Shown here: positions 6,659 to 10,075 of the stretch, piece by piece | How the letters are laid out: each line of letters begins with the position of its first letter | How positions within the stretch are numbered: position 1 is the stretch's first letter | Assembly: GCA_964458565.1 (NCBI GenBank) | Contig: CAYWJO010000072.1 | Span: 1 to 10,075 of the forward strand | DNA from: an uncultured archaeon | Lineage (GTDB): Archaea > Asgardarchaeota > Thorarchaeia > Thorarchaeales > Thorarchaeaceae | Direction: 5' to 3' | DNA: 10,075 nt | Program-made: the position numbers and the translations under genes | The notes under the pieces: model-generated | Seen by the model: only the letters and a program-made list of their open reading frames with translations | What the model was told of the DNA's origin: nothing | Databases searched by the model: none

Positions 6659-9600
6659 ATGTCTGAACCTAACGATATCGAAATTCAACATTATTCGAGT
6701 GCCTTAGCCGCTGGAATAGCTGAGATGTTCAACACATGGGATGAGTTGTGGCCAGGTGGATTCACCTCAGGTGTTCCATTCACAGAAGAGCGTGTACGGA
6801 AAACTTATGACAAAATGCGCGCTCTCGCTTTGTTAATAGCTGTTGATACAGGCGAGAACAAACCTATAGGTTTCTGTTCATTGATGCAACACTGGAGAGA
6901 TGAGGATGCAGCATATATTGGTCTTTTGGGTGTTTCTCCTGAAGCATTATCAAAAAAGGTAGGAAAGCGTCTCTTACATGAAGCAATGAACATAGCAATT
7001 AAGAAGGGCTACGAGAGAGTCGACCTACATACATGGGCTGGCAACCTGAGAGCTGTACCACTTTACAAGAAGATTGGTTTGATGTGGAATCCAGAAGCAG
7101 ATGGTGTTCATTTAGAAGGCTTTATTCCAGAGATATTGAAACATCCTTTAGCTGCACCATTCTGGGATGGTGTGACAGAGGCAAATGCATGGTATGATTT
7201 TCAAGAACGCGAGCTAGAGCAAGCTCCAGATGATGTTGATGATCATGGAATGGCAGTTTACAATTACCTATTCAAGAATCAGAATCGCAAATTATCAGTT
7301 ATCGTTGATAGACTAAGTAAGGGCATTACCTCGATTGATTGTGAAACAGAAGCAGGAAGATTGAAGGTTTCAGCGAGAGTTACAGAGCATCTGACAATTT
7401 GCGGTATACCTTCTATGTACTCTCTAGTAATTGAGAACAATACATCTGAAGAGATCTCCGTAAAAGCTAACCTGAAGGGATTTTCAGGCTTGCATTTCGA
7501 AGGTAAATCCGAACTTGAAATTTCAGTACAACCCGATGGAACTCATGAATGGTTAGTACCATTCTATGTTGATTCCACAACTGACCTCTATAGAAAAGGA
7601 TGGAAAACACCTGCAATCACGGTCAATCTAACTATAGGGGATGAAAAATCAGTACTCACCACAGGAATGCAAATCCGACCTGCTGCAGAAATCCTTACCC
7701 GTTGGGGTGAAAGCCTAATTGAACCTGGTTGTTCCACGAAAATCCCGATTACAATTGTTGGATATGAAGACACTCCGATGAATGGTGAACTCAAATACGA
7801 AGCACCTCCAGGTTTGACTGTTGATATCGGGGATAGTGAGTTTGAATTAGAATCTGAGGGCATATCTGGAGCGGTTCTAAACATAGCTGCTGCTAAAGAC
7901 CTCAAGATTGGAACGCATGATCTATGGATTCACATGGTTTTCTCACTACAGCATGATGGAAAAGACTTACAGCTGACCACTCGGAAATTTAGGATACCTG
8001 TATTCTGCGTCACCGGTGGTCGTGTAGCTGTAGGTTTTGATGATATACGACGTAGAGTCATAGTTGCTGGTCACAATCTGTTTGCAAGAATTGAACGTGA
8101 AGGAGCAAGAGCAACCATCCTAGGTCGAAATATGACAGGATTGAAATCGATTAGTACTGGTGGTGAAATAGGTCCTCCATTTGGTTTGAGTCCATTCCGG
8201 GAAGCTGAGAGAGAAGTTGAGATTGAAGAGGACGAACTGAGGACAATAGTGTCTCTAAAGGCTAATCATCCTGACCATCCGATGCAAGTTGAAGACAAAC
8301 TAATTTTCCACTGTGATACATCAATTGTTGAGCATCAGATGTTGGTCAAGAATATTGGAAATGAACCTTATTCAGTGCAACAGCAGTTTAATGGGGGTGG
8401 CGGTGGGATTTCATTCAATGCAGGTTTCTCTAAGGTTTACCTACCATTACAGAATGGTATTGTAGCGACACCTGCAACTGATTTTACACTCGCTTATCCT
8501 GCCATCTCATCGGAACCTGATTTCTTCAAAGAACAATGGGTTGCACTAGATGATGGAGAAACCGCAATGGGTCAAATATGGTTGTCAGATGGGATTGAAG
8601 AAATTCGAGTTAACAATGCACAGGTTAGTAGGATACTCTATGAGAGAGAGATGATTCAACCTGGTGAAATAAGGTGTCTTTCTAAAGTATGGAATTTGAT
8701 GCATGCATCAAGTTGGAAGGAAATCCAAGAAACATGGACACGAATAATTCATAAAACTGTGCCAACCTTACCTGAAATGATTGAATCTCCACCTATATGT
8801 TCTCCAATCAATATCCATGTAGATCCTGTAATAGTACATGGTGAAGCAGATTCTGAAACAAAGATACGTTTCACAAAATCTATACTTCCACCCATACCTG
8901 GTACCCTTGTGATTGAAGGACCAAAGGGTTGGAATATCGGATTGAAAGATGCAGAGGGTAGTACTGTTGCTGAATTAGGAAGATCAATAGTAGTTCCTGA
9001 AGTTCAGATTGTGGATGGATTGGAATATACTCTCACCTTGAAATCTGAAGACTCAGGGAAACGAGGGTTTACATTGGAACAAGGGATGGTTAAATTTCAC
9101 TCTTTCATGGAACTGTCTGAAGATTTCTATATTATCCGTGTAGGTGACTCAACAAAAGATGTTGCCATTGAGGAAATAGAAAAAGAAGGTTTGAAGGTCT
9201 TTAAAATCAACAATGGAGTTATTGAGTTTAAGGTATCTGCTGAATATGGTGGGTGCCTTTATTCTCTGAAGAATAAAGGTGGCGTGGAGCTCCTTCAATC
9301 TGGGTTTCCAAAAGCGCATCCTTTCAGCTTTGTAGATAACTACTATGGTGGAGTTCAACCTCTAATTTGGGATGAAGAATTGGATGATGATTTGACAAAG
9401 GCTCGCACCAACAGGGAGAAGATGAACATATCAGTTTACGAAATTGACAATTGGAGTGGTGTTGAACTAGAGTGGATTGGAACCATTCAGAAGACTAATC
9501 GTGGAGCTCGTAATATTCTTCGATACTTAACATCTTCTGGAAGTCCTTTGGTCTATGTAGAGTTCGTGGTCATAAATGTGACATCTGCCCCCATGAGATT

Positions 9601-9964
9601 CTATCCTACAATCTTAACATTTCCTTCTTTTGATGGAAGCCTTGAAGACTATGTGATGAGTACACGATGGGGCGACGACATGGTCCATCTACGACCAAGT
9701 CCAATTCCTACCGCATTGATGCCAATGACAAACTTCATACGTTTTGGAAAAGGCGAAGATGGTCTCGGAATATTGGTTCCTTTGAAGGAGCGTCGATCCC
9801 TTGCATTGGTCATCAGTGAACTAGTTTTAGCAGGTCCCTTTGATTTCACAACTTGGTTGTTACCTGGTGAGTCTCGTCGGCTCCCTATGATTTTATTTGT
9901 GAATCCTCCTGATGCTGATTCTTTGGAAAAGATTCAGAAAGTACTTGAAACCGCTTTCAAGTGA
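6659..9964 (+). CDS. Large (1101 aa) GNAT-domain protein with an extended all-beta C-terminal region
   Basis: N-terminal GNAT: AYIGLLGVSPEALSKKVGKRLL and RVDLHTWAGNLRAVPLYKKIGL. From recall it resembles the ~1000-aa GNAT family of Firmicutes. Ig-like and galactose-mutarotase-like segments follow (KINNGVIEFKVSAEYGGCLYSLKN). No signal peptide or TM. ATG6659 is preceded by a weak GCGTGA SD-like motif; TTG6641 is the alternative. Confidence 0.88.
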   Translation: MSEPNDIEIQHYSSALAAGIAEMFNTWDELWPGGFTSGVPFTEERVRKTYDKMRALALLIAVDTGENKPIGFCSLMQHWRDEDAAYIGLLGVSPEALSKKVGKRLLHEAMNIAIKKGYERVDLHTWAGNLRAVPLYKKIGLMWNPEADGVHLEGFIPEILKHPLAAPFWDGVTEANAWYDFQERELEQAPDDVDDHGMAVYNYLFKNQNRKLSVIVDRLSKGITSIDCETEAGRLKVSARVTEHLTICGIPSMYSLVIENNTSEEISVKANLKGFSGLHFEGKSELEISVQPDGTHEWLVPFYVDSTTDLYRKGWKTPAITVNLTIGDEKSVLTTGMQIRPAAEILTRWGESLIEPGCSTKIPITIVGYEDTPMNGELKYEAPPGLTVDIGDSEFELESEGISGAVLNIAAAKDLKIGTHDLWIHMVFSLQHDGKDLQLTTRKFRIPVFCVTGGRVAVGFDDIRRRVIVAGHNLFARIEREGARATILGRNMTGLKSISTGGEIGPPFGLSPFREAEREVEIEEDELRTIVSLKANHPDHPMQVEDKLIFHCDTSIVEHQMLVKNIGNEPYSVQQQFNGGGGGISFNAGFSKVYLPLQNGIVATPATDFTLAYPAISSEPDFFKEQWVALDDGETAMGQIWLSDGIEEIRVNNAQVSRILYEREMIQPGEIRCLSKVWNLMHASSWKEIQETWTRIIHKTVPTLPEMIESPPICSPINIHVDPVIVHGEADSETKIRFTKSILPPIPGTLVIEGPKGWNIGLKDAEGSTVAELGRSIVVPEVQIVDGLEYTLTLKSEDSGKRGFTLEQGMVKFHSFMELSEDFYIIRVGDSTKDVAIEEIEKEGLKVFKINNGVIEFKVSAEYGGCLYSLKNKGGVELLQSGFPKAHPFSFVDNYYGGVQPLIWDEELDDDLTKARTNREKMNISVYEIDNWSGVELEWIGTIQKTNRGARNILRYLTSSGSPLVYVEFVVINVTSAPMRFYPTILTFPSFDGSLEDYVMSTRWGDDMVHLRPSPIPTALMPMTNFIRFGKGEDGLGILVPLKERRSLALVISELVLAGPFDFTTWLLPGESRRLPMILFVNPPDADSLEKIQKVLETAFK

Positions 9965-9974
9965 TTTGTTTCTT

Positions 9975-10000
9975 AGGGCTCTTCGGAGCCCTTTTTCTTT
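9975..10000 (+). terminator. Intrinsic terminator: 7-bp stem, UUCG tetraloop, T-tract
   Basis: AGGGCTC-TTCG-GAGCCCT then TTTTCTTT, starting 11 nt after the TGA stop of the giant GNAT. Confidence 0.8.
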
Positions 10001-10075
10001 ATCTAAGGAATAAGTGTAACGCAATAGCAATCTTATTCGTATCTGTTCTTGGAATTTTGTTCTACATGACTCCTG

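Noticed and set aside
383-9849. Short ORFs of 60-105 aa (383, 417, 2463, 4057, 4890, 5056, 5570, 5917, 5931, 6805, 7588, 9149, 9649)
   Set aside because: All overlap well-supported genes in other frames or strands and show no protein signatures.
9962-10000. TGA plus hairpin as selenocysteine readthrough/SECIS
   Set aside because: An in-frame TAG follows after three more codons, the hairpin looks like a terminator, and the Mo ligand codon in the window is TGT.
10033-10075. Possible 3' end of a convergent minus-strand gene (...RSHVEQNSKNRYE*)
   Set aside because: Only 14 codons are visible, so it cannot be supported.
1-10075. CRISPR arrays, tRNA/rRNA, transposases, defence systems
   Set aside because: No nucleotide-level repeat arrays or signature motifs were seen, and the intergenic spaces are short.

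Overview
Gene-dense, AT-rich window with six protein-coding genes. It looks archaeal, most likely Asgard/Thorarchaeota-like, judging from the style of the two membrane-anchored surface proteins, TATA-like boxes and GGTG/GAGG Shine-Dalgarno (SD) motifs; this is inference, not a database result. In order: (1) a 5'-truncated surface protein with DUF2341-type flanking motifs, a beta-propeller, an S/T linker and a C-terminal TM anchor; (2) an FR47-type GNAT acetyltransferase; (3) a divergent DinB/YfiT-family protein; (4) a surface protein with two 92-aa Ig-like repeats; (5) a cytoplasmic DMSO-reductase-superfamily Mo/W-bisPGD oxidoreductase whose domain IV is split by a 2x[4Fe-4S] ferredoxin insert; (6) a divergent ~1100-aa GNAT protein with a duplicated all-beta C-terminal region, followed by a cUUCGg hairpin plus T-tract terminator. 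The most unusual feature is the ferredoxin inserted inside the Mo enzyme, which would give a single-chain enzyme with its own electron wire, paired head-to-head with the giant GNAT. No RNA genes, CRISPR arrays or mobile elements were seen.
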